From a virus (taxonomy: Duplodnaviria; Caudoviricetes): a stretch of DNA of 37,130 nucleotides. The stretch spans positions 1-37,130 of the IMG/VR virus record IMGVR_UViG_3300025053_000009. The stretch is one strand, 5' to 3'. Positions 1-8,361 of this stretch are shown one piece after another. The notes beneath the pieces were generated by a model. The model was not told the DNA's origin, did not search any database, and saw only the letters and a program-made list of their open reading frames with translations. The translations under genes were made by a program, and so were the position numbers. Numbering within the stretch: position 1 is the first letter of the stretch; every line of letters begins with the position of its first letter.

Positions 1-111
1 ACATCACAATGGAATGCTGTCCGCCATCAGCGTGGAACGGTGTCCGCGATGACGATGGAATGCTGTCCGGCATCAGCATGGAATCGTGTCCGGCATCGCG
101 TGGAATACGCA
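1..111. mobile_element. Terminal region of an IS21-family insertion sequence (transposase outside window)
   Basis: About four imperfect 22-24 bp repeats (TGGAAt/cg.TGTCCGgCATC..) end in ...TGGAATACGCA (reverse complement TGCGTATTCCA). Multiple subterminal repeats and a TG..CA end are typical of IS21. The element interrupts the adjacent phage ORF. Confidence 0.8.
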
Positions 112-446
112 CCCATTGCCTCGACAAGCCGCTCAATTGCCCACTCCTCGCGCCCGCGCTGGAAATCGTCATCGGTCTTGCTGTCGATCAGGGTGTTGAT
201 GACCGCAGCGACCAGCGTGCGCGGCAGAGCCACATCATCCGGCCGACTGCGCGGAATCAGCGGCCCGATACCGCCAGCGCCGACAGCGGCCAGCATTTCT
301 TCGAGCTGCTGGATGCGGGCGCGCAAGCGCTGGGGTGACGACAAGGGCAGGTTTGCCAGCATATCCTCGAGTTCTGTGATTCGGGCGCGCAGGGCCTTGG
401 TGGTGTCGCCGCCCTCATCATGGGCGGCTGCTGAAAATGCGGTCAT
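112..446 (-). pseudogene. Phage hypothetical protein, 3' end interrupted by IS21
   Basis: ATG at 446 with an AGGA SD overlaps the upstream gene stop. The frame runs into IS repeat sequence at 111. It has an internal duplication, LRARITELEDMLA / LRARIQQLEEMLA. Confidence 0.6.
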
Positions 447-766
447 TGGAATTTCCTGTCTTGATAGCCGCCGTTGAGCGTGGCAGGAAGGCCGCGCGAA
501 CGGATGTGGCAATGGGCGTAAAAGAGGGTTGGCCAGTCGTCATGCTGTGACGGGACTGCGGGATCAGTTACTCGGTCGTGCATGCCGCCGTAGGGCCTAG
601 GCTTGAACCCGATCCCCCAGAGGTGCGGGCTCTGCTCGCGCGCGGCGATCACGACCCGGGCAAACACGCTCCTCGTTTTGGGCGCCTGGGCTCTGACGGG
701 ATCAGGCTTGGGTTCCTGTGACGCAATGGGCTCAAGGAACTCGAATAGGTCAAGCTGCGCTGTCAT
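443..766 (-). CDS. Small phage protein with N-terminal QLDLF (clamp-binding-like) motif
   Basis: Starts MTAQLDLFEFLEP, has a GGAGAG SD, and its start overlaps the upstream stop (ATGA). Confidence 0.7.
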   Translation of the reverse strand: MTAQLDLFEFLEPIASQEPKPDPVRAQAPKTRSVFARVVIAAREQSPHLWGIGFKPRPYGGMHDRVTDPAVPSQHDDWPTLFYAHCHIRSRGLPATLNGGYQDRKFQ

Positions 767-1113
767 CGCAGTCTCTCCAGCAGGCCGGGCACCTCGGTGA
801 ATCCGCTGTGCGATGCGGCCCTGGTCATGATTTCCTTGTGCGCGAAGTGCAGTGCATCTGCACGCGAGTCGGCTGATTTGCCCCACTTCCTGCCAACGCG
901 GTAGCAGTAGCCGCCGGTCGGCCCGTGGAAGCTGGTTGAGAAAATCCAGCGAGGCCCGTCGCGCGCAAGTTCGATTTCCAGGCTGACGCGGCGGCCGCGA
1001 AGGACGATCAGTTCGTCGATCTCTGCTTTGCTGCACACCGGTCCGTCAGGCTGAACTGGTGCGATGCGCAGGTCAGGTTCCAGGCAGGCAAACAGGTCAA
1101 GCTGGGCAGTCAT
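763..1113 (-). CDS. Small phage protein with N-terminal QLDLF motif
   Basis: Starts MTAQLDLFACLEP, has a GAGGGG SD, and is ATGA-coupled on both sides. Confidence 0.75.
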   Translation of the reverse strand: MTAQLDLFACLEPDLRIAPVQPDGPVCSKAEIDELIVLRGRRVSLEIELARDGPRWIFSTSFHGPTGGYCYRVGRKWGKSADSRADALHFAHKEIMTRAASHSGFTEVPGLLERLR

Positions 1114-1427
1114 GCTGCCCCTCTGACAACCCACCCCCAAAGCTGCGTGACGCCGCCCGATCTGGAGTTCGGGATGTTCTGCAGCAGCGACCAGCCAGCG
1201 CGCTCCAGGACCGCGCGCTGCCGCTCGTTGCTGGCGTCGATCGTGCAGGTCGCCATGTCGTAGCCGAGCGACTGCAGCATCTGCATCTGGTGGCCTTTGA
1301 GGCTGTGGCCGTGGCCCTTGCCGCGGTGCTCGCGCTTGATGTGCAGGCTGTGGCAGTGCGCAATCTGGGGCTGGCCGGGCACGCTGTCGATTTCGTAGGC
1401 GCCGTGTTCGGTGGCGTAGCGGGTCAT
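1110..1427 (-). CDS. GNAT-family acetyltransferase
   Basis: Acetyl-CoA motif EHRGKGHG and a C-terminal N..Q..VLERAGW. Start MTRYATE with a GGAAGG SD. Confidence 0.7.
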   Translation of the reverse strand: MTRYATEHGAYEIDSVPGQPQIAHCHSLHIKREHRGKGHGHSLKGHQMQMLQSLGYDMATCTIDASNERQRAVLERAGWSLLQNIPNSRSGGVTQLWGWVVRGAA

Positions 1428-1642
1428 GCTGAGCCGCCTTCCTTTGGGGCATGGATGTTGCAGGTCGAGTTTTTTCCGACTGCGAATCCGCCCACCGAGC
1501 AGCGCTTGTTCTTTTCCTTGATCCAATCGCCGTAGTATTCAGTATGAATAACGTTTTCGCTCTGGAAATGAGTGCAGTTCGAGCAGGTGTCCGGATTCTT
1601 TTTGTAGCCCTGTGCCTGCTTGGCTTCGGATTGCTTGCTCAT
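1424..1642 (-). CDS. Small Cys-rich phage protein
   Basis: CSNC...C...C pattern, translationally coupled to rdgC. Confidence 0.7.
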   Translation of the reverse strand: MSKQSEAKQAQGYKKNPDTCSNCTHFQSENVIHTEYYGDWIKEKNKRCSVGGFAVGKNSTCNIHAPKEGGSA

Positions 1643-2547
1643 GCAGCATTACCTTTCTGCTCGAGTTCACCTCCCAACGCCTGCACCAGATAGTCAATCA
1701 GCGCCGACAGTTCGCCGGTGGCGATAGCCACATCAGCATCAAAGACGTCACTTTCTGTCGGTCCATCGATCACGATATCCAGGAAGGCGACCTTCTTGAG
1801 CTGGGTGCCTTCGGTCAGCACGAAGCTGACGCGGCCGTCCCAGTCGAGCGCCAACTGGGTCGGCAGCTTGCCCTGGCTGATGTGCAGGCGCATTTGCTCG
1901 TCGTCGAGGTGGTGGCGGTCGAACTTGACCGTCGCGTTCATCTCGTCGCCACTGTTGAGCTCCACGAAGCGGCCCGCGGCGAAGTGCCCCGGCCAGTCTT
2001 CGGGCTTGCCGGACAGCCACTGCGTCATCGCGGCCTGGGGTGCTACCTGGGTATTGAGCAGCGAGAGCTGCAGCCCGGGGAAGCACGTCACCAGCGCGCT
2101 GATCAACGTGTCGGCCTTGCCCGAGCTCGAGCAGTCGAGCACCAGGCGGCCGTTGGCCAGATCGAACCAGGCCAGGATGCTCGATTCCTTGGGAAAGGCG
2201 TGCGGCAACAGGGCCAGTCGCACCTCGTCCATCAGCTCGCGCGTCTCCTTGCGGCCGGGCTTACGGCCCTCTTGCTCCTGGATCTTGGCGATGCGCTCGT
2301 CCATGTGGCGCCCGATGACCGGTGCAGGAACCGACTTGGCTTCGATCTTGAAGCGCAGGATGCGCTGGCCGGCGACGGATTCGACCAGGGCACCGTTCTT
2401 CTCGCCGCGCGGCGGGGTCCAGCCGTAGGACTCGGGCTGCGTCGCGCCGCAGGGATGGAAGGGCATCTTGGCCAGGGCGGACTCCATGGCGGCGAGGTCC
2501 ATCGCCCAGCCCGGGGCGATGCGGTAAATCATGCAGTTCTTGAACAT
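1639..2547 (-). CDS. rdgC: Recombination-associated protein RdgC
   Basis: MFKNCMIYRI...GWTPPRG...LLPHAF...LALDWDGRVSFVLTE...ALGGE signature. Start set at MFKN because the upstream extension overlaps a terminator. Confidence 0.95.
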   Translation of the reverse strand: MFKNCMIYRIAPGWAMDLAAMESALAKMPFHPCGATQPESYGWTPPRGEKNGALVESVAGQRILRFKIEAKSVPAPVIGRHMDERIAKIQEQEGRKPGRKETRELMDEVRLALLPHAFPKESSILAWFDLANGRLVLDCSSSGKADTLISALVTCFPGLQLSLLNTQVAPQAAMTQWLSGKPEDWPGHFAAGRFVELNSGDEMNATVKFDRHHLDDEQMRLHISQGKLPTQLALDWDGRVSFVLTEGTQLKKVAFLDIVIDGPTESDVFDADVAIATGELSALIDYLVQALGGELEQKGNAA

Positions 2548-2563
2548 TGGATTGACGAGGTAG

Positions 2564-2593
2564 GGGCGTGAAAAAGCCCGCATGGGGCGGGCT
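2564..2593 (-). terminator. Intrinsic terminator (repeat family AGCCCGC-loop-GCGGGCT-TTTTCACGCC)
   Basis: GC stem followed by a U-tract on the minus strand, near-identical to copies at 3819 and 6868. Confidence 0.8.
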
Positions 2594-2634
2594 GGCTTGG
2601 GGTTGCAGGAACAGGTCTTTGATGCGACCTAGGG

Positions 2635-3798
2635 TTACTTGGAAGCCAGGGTGTACCCCTGGCCCTCCTTGGTGATGACACCCTCTGCGGCGAGCCGCTG
2701 CAGGTAGCGGCGTACCGTATCGGTCCCGCCGCCGCCCGCCTCACGCAGAGCGCGCACGCTGGGCTTGATCTGGCCGGCGAGTACACCGGCGCGCAGGCGC
2801 TGGTAACGGTCTTCGCCGTCCGGTACGGTGGCTTCGACTGGCGTTACTGGCGCTGTTACCGGAGCCGTTACTTCCTCCTGCTTCACTTCGATCACCGAGC
2901 ATTCCATCGGTGCAGGCGCTGCAGTCATGACCGACAGCGGGACCGCCGCAGCCACTGAGCACCAGGCGCTGAGCGGGTGAACCGCAGGGGGAATTGCTGG
3001 CTTCGCGCCACGGGGTAGGGTGGTTCGGTATGGGGCCTGGAACAGTTGCTGACCGGGTGTTACCGGCTTTGGTACAGGTGGCGGTACAGGTGCTTCAATC
3101 GCCCGCACCGACTGCACCTCACCCTCATCATCAGGCCGGCGCAGCATCAGCCCGGCGACGCCGAACATCGTCAAGCCGATGGTGCTGACCAACACCGGCA
3201 TGGCGATGCTGTGGGCCAGCGAAAGCTCAGGCCCCAGCATGCGCGGCAGGGTAGTGCGCTGCTTGGCTTGCAGGTCGGCCAGCTCGCTACGCAGAGGCTC
3301 GATGTCTCGCTCCATTGCGTCAGCCTGCCGGATCGCTTGCGTGCCCAGGTGACGCGCCCATGCGTTATCGCTGGCACTTTGGCGTTCGCCGTTGGCCCTC
3401 ACTCGTGCAGCATCAGCGCGCCTGGTTTCGATCGCCGCGCGCAGGCTGTCGAGTCGCGTAGCTTGGCTGGCAATCGCCGCTTCGGCGTCATGGTTGATCA
3501 CCATGCGAGTGCCGAAGATGGTTGTGATCTCGAAGACCAGCAGGGTCAGGCCCACCAGGCGTAGCTGGTGGAGCCTGGCAGTCGGCAGCAGCGCGACAAG
3601 GAAGAAGGCCATCAGCTCGGTCACGACCATCAGCACGCCGGCCGCGATCAGGATGACGCGAGCCGTGCTGTCGGGCTCGGTCAACTCGAGGCCGCGCACC
3701 AGCAGCCAGCCGGCGACCGTGCTGCTCGCCAGGCCAATGGCGGCGCAGGCCAGCGCGATGCTGATCCGCGCCCAGCGGGGCAGAGGGATCGGGTTCAT
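2635..3798 (-). CDS. Membrane protein with coiled coil, Pro-rich linker and C-terminal HTH-like domain
   Basis: Three N-terminal hydrophobic helices plus a fourth after a coiled coil. C-terminus PSVRALREAGGGGTDTVRRYLQRLAAEGVI resembles a winged HTH. Confidence 0.8.
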   Translation of the reverse strand: MNPIPLPRWARISIALACAAIGLASSTVAGWLLVRGLELTEPDSTARVILIAAGVLMVVTELMAFFLVALLPTARLHQLRLVGLTLLVFEITTIFGTRMVINHDAEAAIASQATRLDSLRAAIETRRADAARVRANGERQSASDNAWARHLGTQAIRQADAMERDIEPLRSELADLQAKQRTTLPRMLGPELSLAHSIAMPVLVSTIGLTMFGVAGLMLRRPDDEGEVQSVRAIEAPVPPPVPKPVTPGQQLFQAPYRTTLPRGAKPAIPPAVHPLSAWCSVAAAVPLSVMTAAPAPMECSVIEVKQEEVTAPVTAPVTPVEATVPDGEDRYQRLRAGVLAGQIKPSVRALREAGGGGTDTVRRYLQRLAAEGVITKEGQGYTLASK

Positions 3799-3818
3799 GA
3801 TCAGCCTTTCATGGGGCA

Positions 3819-3848
3819 GGGCGTGAAAAAGCCCGCGCGGGGCGGGCT
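3819..3848 (-). terminator. Intrinsic terminator (repeat family)
   Basis: AGCCCGCC CCGC GCGGGCT TTTTCACGCCC on the minus strand. Confidence 0.8.
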
Positions 3849-3875
3849 AGGGTTTTGCCGGGCCTTGGCCGGGGC

Positions 3876-4175
3876 TCAGGCGATCAGGTACTTGTCGAGC
3901 TCTCCGGCCGCGATTGCAACCTTGGCCCACTCGGGCTTGCGACCCGGGCCACCAGCCCACAGCTCACCGTTCGGGCCCTGGTACTTGGCCGGCGCCTTGG
4001 ACTTGCTGGCGGCAGGCCGCTTGGTGGCGAATGCCAGGTCATCCGCAGTCAGGCCATGCTCTCGCAGTTGGGCCTGGATGTTGGCGATGACGCCGTCGCG
4101 CTGTTGCTTGCGGACTTGCTCGGCCTGGTCAAGCAGGGAATTGGCTTGCGCGATGAGTTCGGAGTAGGTTTGCAT
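3876..4175 (-). CDS. H-NS family nucleoid-associated protein
   Basis: N-terminal coiled coil (YSELIAQ...HGLTADDL) and C-terminal PAKYQGPNGELWAGGPGRKPEW domain. Confidence 0.9.
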   Translation of the reverse strand: MQTYSELIAQANSLLDQAEQVRKQQRDGVIANIQAQLREHGLTADDLAFATKRPAASKSKAPAKYQGPNGELWAGGPGRKPEWAKVAIAAGELDKYLIA

Positions 4176-4200
4176 GGTGGCTTCTTGGTGGTGTTGAAAA

Positions 4201-4911
4201 TCAGTAGTCTTCATTCGATTGGGCCGCGTACTCGACATCGTCGTCGTCCATGTCGACCTCGATCTTGGTGCGGCCGACGTACATCGCCATCAAGATTGAG
4301 TAGAAGCTGCCGACAATGTCGGGACGGCTGGCCGGCGTGATTTGCTTGCCGTCCAGTCGCAAGGCGTAGACCTCGCCTTCCTTTGTGAAGGCCAGCTGGT
4401 GTTCGGCTCGGTACTTGCGGTCTTCGCGGGAGCGGTAGCCGCGGTCGCCCGGGTTCTCATTCTCATCGAGGTAGAGGTGGCCATCGCCGTATTCGCTCAT
4501 CTCCAGGTAGGCGTAAAAGGCTTCGTTCTGCTCCTTGTGGAAACCGTCGCGCGCTTCCTTGAGCAGATCGCTCAGCTTGATGACCGGTGGCACGTCGGGC
4601 ATGACGTTCTTGATTGCGCGCTCGAGAGCGACTTGCACCGTGTTGGCATTGCACTCCTGCACCAGCCTGGTGGCAGCCTGGCTGAGGATGTGCTGGAACT
4701 TGGCGACGTCGTCGATGCCCAGGCCGTGCGGCATGGCTTCGGTGAGCTGCACAGTCAGCGCCTTGCGGAACTCGCTGCGGAAGCCGGTGGCGTCATCGAT
4801 CGCCTGGGTGATCGCCTTGGTGATGTGCTGGTCCAGTATGGGCTGCAGCTTCTCGGGCTGCAGGGCGGCGGCAATCGCGCCCTGGATGTCGAGGTCGATG
4901 GTGATGTTCAT
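4201..4911 (-). CDS. Phage hypothetical protein (236 aa)
   Basis: Long ORF with phage-like codon usage, in operon orientation. Confidence 0.8.
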   Translation of the reverse strand: MNITIDLDIQGAIAAALQPEKLQPILDQHITKAITQAIDDATGFRSEFRKALTVQLTEAMPHGLGIDDVAKFQHILSQAATRLVQECNANTVQVALERAIKNVMPDVPPVIKLSDLLKEARDGFHKEQNEAFYAYLEMSEYGDGHLYLDENENPGDRGYRSREDRKYRAEHQLAFTKEGEVYALRLDGKQITPASRPDIVGSFYSILMAMYVGRTKIEVDMDDDDVEYAAQSNEDY

Positions 4912-5097
4912 GGCTTGTTGGTGGTGTTAGGTTCGATCCGTGTCCCGTGATTCGACGGCAATCTCTTGCGAGCCGCCCCGTCGTGTCGCGTGCCGGCCCC
5001 GTTGATTACGCTGCGCGGGACGGGTCCGGGTGGCCATCACAGGCTTGCTGGCCGGTGGATCAGTCCGGCCTTTGGTGGCAGCTCCCGCTGTGTGTGG

Positions 5098-6855
5098 TCA
5101 GGCGGCGCGCGCCAGCTGCCGGTGCTCAGCCTCGACCACGCCGTTGATGTGCGCCACCAGCGCGGCACAGATCGCCGGGAAGTCGGCCTCGCGGTAGAGC
5201 TTGGCGGCCTTCTCCGTTGCTACGGGCGAGAAGCCCAACCCAGCCAGGAAGTCGGCCGTCAGGTTGAAGCCCAGGCGCTCGGTGATCTGCCCGAGCTTGA
5301 TGGTCGCCCCACTGTCAACCGGCTTGCGCGCCACCGGATAGGTCCGATCGAACTGCTCTTGCGTGACCTTGAGGCCGCCAAACGCGAACGTCTGAGCAGC
5401 TGTCCCAGGCTGACCCGCCTTGTGGATCACGTCCTGGGCCGCCAGCTCGGGCTGCGCCGCTTCTGCGGCCTTCTCGATCGCGTCCTGCGCGGCCTCCCGC
5501 GCTGCTCGAGCAGCTGCTTCCTGGCGCATGCGCTCGCGCTCGGACTCCATGCGGACTGCTTCCTTGGCTTCGTGGTCCGCAATACGTGCGGCCATGGTGG
5601 CCAGCAGGTCCTCGGGGGCCTTGAGCACGATGGCATTCGCATCAGGGAACAGGTGGGCCATGTCAGCGCGTGCCTGCAGCGCCGCCAGGTTGACCTGGAT
5701 GCGGTCGGCGATCTGGTTGGCTTCGATCTTGGTGCGCGCCAGCTCGTCGGCCACGGCGCCCCGCAGGCTCTCGAGGGTGCGCTTGCTCTTGACGGCACCG
5801 CCGAAGTCTGCCGGCACCAGCGGCATCAGCGACTTGCCGATGCGATCGTTCAGGCTGGCGATGTGGGCCTTGAGGGCTGCCATGCCGCCAGCGACGATCT
5901 CGCCTCGAATCGCCTCCTTGCGGGCCTTGACCAGCTTGTCGAGCTCCAAGCGAACACGGCGGGCCTCGGCGCTGATGCCATCAATGGTGCGGAACAGGGC
6001 GTCGATGCTCTCGGTCTGTGCCAGCGCGTGATCCTTGGCTGCCTTGAGCCGACCCTCGGCATCGCTCAGCCACTTCACGGTCTTCTCGGCATCCGCGAAG
6101 TCGCTGTCGCTGTTCAGCGTCCGGTTGATGCCGGAGAACACCGCTAGCGCGTGCTCCCGAAATGCGTCGAGGTTGCTGGCCGTCACCTTGCCGGTGACTT
6201 CGATATACAGGGCCGGCAGGTGGTCTGGGGTCTTGCCGATCGGCTTGGGTTCGGCGGCTTTCGCCGGCACGTACTCGGCCAGGTCGACCTCGAACTGCGC
6301 CCAGCCTGCGCGGATCTGCTCGGCCAGCACCGGGTTCGATTCGTACCAGCAGTGGCGCTCCTCGATGAGCTGGTCGCATTCATCCCAGCGGCTGGCCATG
6401 AACAACACGCGGCCGGTACCAGAAACCATGCACTGCTGTTCCATCTGCACCTGGTACATCAGCGGCAACTCGGCACCCGTGCAGCCGCCTTGCATGGCTT
6501 GGCGCAGCTCGTCGTTCAGGCTCTTGTGCTCGAATCCGGTCGACTCGCAGATTGTCAGGCCATCGAATGAGGCCGACAGCCGCCCCAGCGTTCCGACCAC
6601 GGGGTAGAGGTCGTCGCCGATGATTTTCTCGGCCAGCGGCCGGGCTAGCGCCTCGAAGCGGTGGCCGTCGTCGAAGATGCGCTGGGTGAACGCGTCCACC
6701 TCGAGCGGGACTCCGGTGTAGAGCTCGTGCAGCAGCTGGGTGCGGGTCTTGTAGCTGCTGACGCCCATCATGGCCGGCGCGTCGCTGGCATTGAAGTGCT
6801 TGGCGCGGTGGGCCAGCCACTCGGGCGAGCCCTGTGTGAGGTTTGTGATGTGCAT
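5098..6855 (-). CDS. YqaJ/lambda-exonuclease family protein with long helical C-terminal extension
   Basis: QGSPEWLAHR, ASDAPAMMG.S.YKT, G...E..AR, SASFDG, FEHK and YQVQMEQQ motifs. AAGGA SD. Confidence 0.92.
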   Translation of the reverse strand: MHITNLTQGSPEWLAHRAKHFNASDAPAMMGVSSYKTRTQLLHELYTGVPLEVDAFTQRIFDDGHRFEALARPLAEKIIGDDLYPVVGTLGRLSASFDGLTICESTGFEHKSLNDELRQAMQGGCTGAELPLMYQVQMEQQCMVSGTGRVLFMASRWDECDQLIEERHCWYESNPVLAEQIRAGWAQFEVDLAEYVPAKAAEPKPIGKTPDHLPALYIEVTGKVTASNLDAFREHALAVFSGINRTLNSDSDFADAEKTVKWLSDAEGRLKAAKDHALAQTESIDALFRTIDGISAEARRVRLELDKLVKARKEAIRGEIVAGGMAALKAHIASLNDRIGKSLMPLVPADFGGAVKSKRTLESLRGAVADELARTKIEANQIADRIQVNLAALQARADMAHLFPDANAIVLKAPEDLLATMAARIADHEAKEAVRMESERERMRQEAAARAAREAAQDAIEKAAEAAQPELAAQDVIHKAGQPGTAAQTFAFGGLKVTQEQFDRTYPVARKPVDSGATIKLGQITERLGFNLTADFLAGLGFSPVATEKAAKLYREADFPAICAALVAHINGVVEAEHRQLARAA

Positions 6856-6867
6856 GATATTCCTTTT

Positions 6868-6897
6868 GGCGTGAAAAAGCCCGCTCGGCGGCGGGCT
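6868..6897 (-). terminator. Intrinsic terminator (repeat family)
   Basis: AGCCCGC-8 nt-GCGGGCT TTTTCACGCC on the minus strand. Confidence 0.8.
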
Positions 6898-6922
6898 GTG
6901 TCGGGGTGGAAGATGGCCGGCT

Positions 6923-8008
6923 TCAGTCCTCGCCGGTCAGCCCCCTCATGAATTCGTCGTGTTCGGGATCTGGCTGCATCACCTCGCCCGTTTCGGGGTC
7001 GATGCCTGGCGCACCCCCAGCCTGCTGCGCTTCTTCCGCACGCCCAAGGCCTGCCAGGATCGCTCGCTGCTCGTCGCTGAAGACAGCCTTCGTGCTGAGC
7101 ATTGCGATCAGATCCTCAGGGGTCTTCTTGCCCGACTCGACGATGGTCCGCCATTCGGGCAGCTTCTCGGCGAAGCGATCGGCGGGGTAGAAGTCCAGGG
7201 TAGGGCGGGCCGGCGCGGCCGGCTTGACTGCTGGTTGCGGCGCGCCATCGCCGAGGTCAGCCACATACTTTCCATCCGCCCCCTGGCGCACATCGATGAT
7301 GTCGTGCAGCTCTTCGGCGGCCGGCAGGCCCATCAGCAGCTCGGGCGCGTAGATGCGGCCAAAGAACGCGGCGCTGCGATAGCGTAGCATCAGGTCGGGC
7401 ATGGAGCGCCACTTGCTTCCGTTCTTGCCGTACCAGCCCTCAGCGACTGCCATTTCCATCGTGACGGGCGCCGACTCCAGCCGCTCACCGGTGGCCTTCT
7501 CCAGGGCCCAGGCTACGCAGCGCGCGTTCTTGATGCGGATGGTGTGCTTGAGCTCCTGCTTGCGGCCATCGACCCACTCAAAAGTGGAGTAGCTGGCATC
7601 CATTTCATCCATCCACTCGACATCGAAGCGAAGCGGGGAGAACTTGCCGCAGCCGTTGATCGCCGCGATGATGAACTGGCTCGACCAGCTCGGTCGCCCC
7701 TCGATGATGTGCAGGTTCTGCATGATCATCAGCGGGTTGGCATTCATGCGCTGAGCCATGTCGAGGGCCACCACGCAGTTGGAGAGCGCGGCTGGGTTGG
7801 CTTCGATCGTCTGGTTTTTGCCGTAGCCCTTCGTCACCATTGCCTGATAGGCGGTCGGAACCATGCTGCTGTTGCTGAACAGCTTGGCGGCGCGCTGCAG
7901 GAACTCGAAGCTGGCCAGGTCGCCGAACCCCATAGTGGTCACAGCGGAGGATGCTTGCGTGGATGCCGCCAACTGGCGGGACTGCGCTGGATTGAGTGGT
8001 GCGTTCAT
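6923..8008 (-). CDS. RecT/Red-beta-like single-strand annealing protein
   Basis: NPLMIMQNLHIIEGRPSWSSQF and SKWRSMPDLMLRYRSAAFFGRIYAPELLMGL motifs, adjacent to the exonuclease. Confidence 0.85.
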   Translation of the reverse strand: MNAPLNPAQSRQLAASTQASSAVTTMGFGDLASFEFLQRAAKLFSNSSMVPTAYQAMVTKGYGKNQTIEANPAALSNCVVALDMAQRMNANPLMIMQNLHIIEGRPSWSSQFIIAAINGCGKFSPLRFDVEWMDEMDASYSTFEWVDGRKQELKHTIRIKNARCVAWALEKATGERLESAPVTMEMAVAEGWYGKNGSKWRSMPDLMLRYRSAAFFGRIYAPELLMGLPAAEELHDIIDVRQGADGKYVADLGDGAPQPAVKPAAPARPTLDFYPADRFAEKLPEWRTIVESGKKTPEDLIAMLSTKAVFSDEQRAILAGLGRAEEAQQAGGAPGIDPETGEVMQPDPEHDEFMRGLTGED

Positions 8009-8074
8009 GTCATTTCCCGGTTGATCTGCGGCGGAATCCGCATTGACCAGGCGCGCAGCCTGGGCGATGGAGAC

Positions 8075-8188
8075 TCAGAGGCGGTGCGTGATGCGCTGCC
8101 AGGCCTGCTTGAGGCTGGCGCGCCGGCCGTGTCCGCTGTGGCGGTAGATGCGGTACAGGCCCAGGAAGATGCGCGGCGTATCGGTCAT
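8075..8188 (-). CDS. Tiny basic phage protein (37 aa)
   Basis: ATGA-coupled to the upstream ORF. Short, so tentative. Confidence 0.45.
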   Translation of the reverse strand: MTDTPRIFLGLYRIYRHSGHGRRASLKQAWQRITHRL

Positions 8189-8361
8189 TCGCGCCACGCT
8201 GCAGCTTTGAGGGGCTGCCCGGTGCGCTGCTCGGCCGTGAAGGGCTTGAGGTTGGCGGTCTGGACGATGTTCATCTTCTCGGCCGCCCGGGTGCCGCCCC
8301 GGCTGCTGTTGTAGGAGCGCATCAGCGACTTGGCGAAGGCAGAAAGCTGGGGCTTGGTCAT
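8185..8361 (-). CDS. Small phage hypothetical protein (58 aa)
   Basis: GGGGAG SD and ATGA coupling. Confidence 0.6.
   Translation of the reverse strand: MTKPQLSAFAKSLMRSYNSSRGGTRAAEKMNIVQTANLKPFTAEQRTGQPLKAAAWRE

Noticed and set aside
1-111. CRISPR-like repeat array
   Set aside because: The repeats are imperfect, nearly contiguous and lack unique spacers. They end in an IS21-type terminus.
27-512. 161-aa ORF as an intact gene
   Set aside because: The last codons derive from IS sequence and the SD-supported start is 446.
1612-2571. Long plus-strand ORFs opposite rdgC (and similar shadows elsewhere)
   Set aside because: Antisense shadows of GC-rich genes with no motifs.
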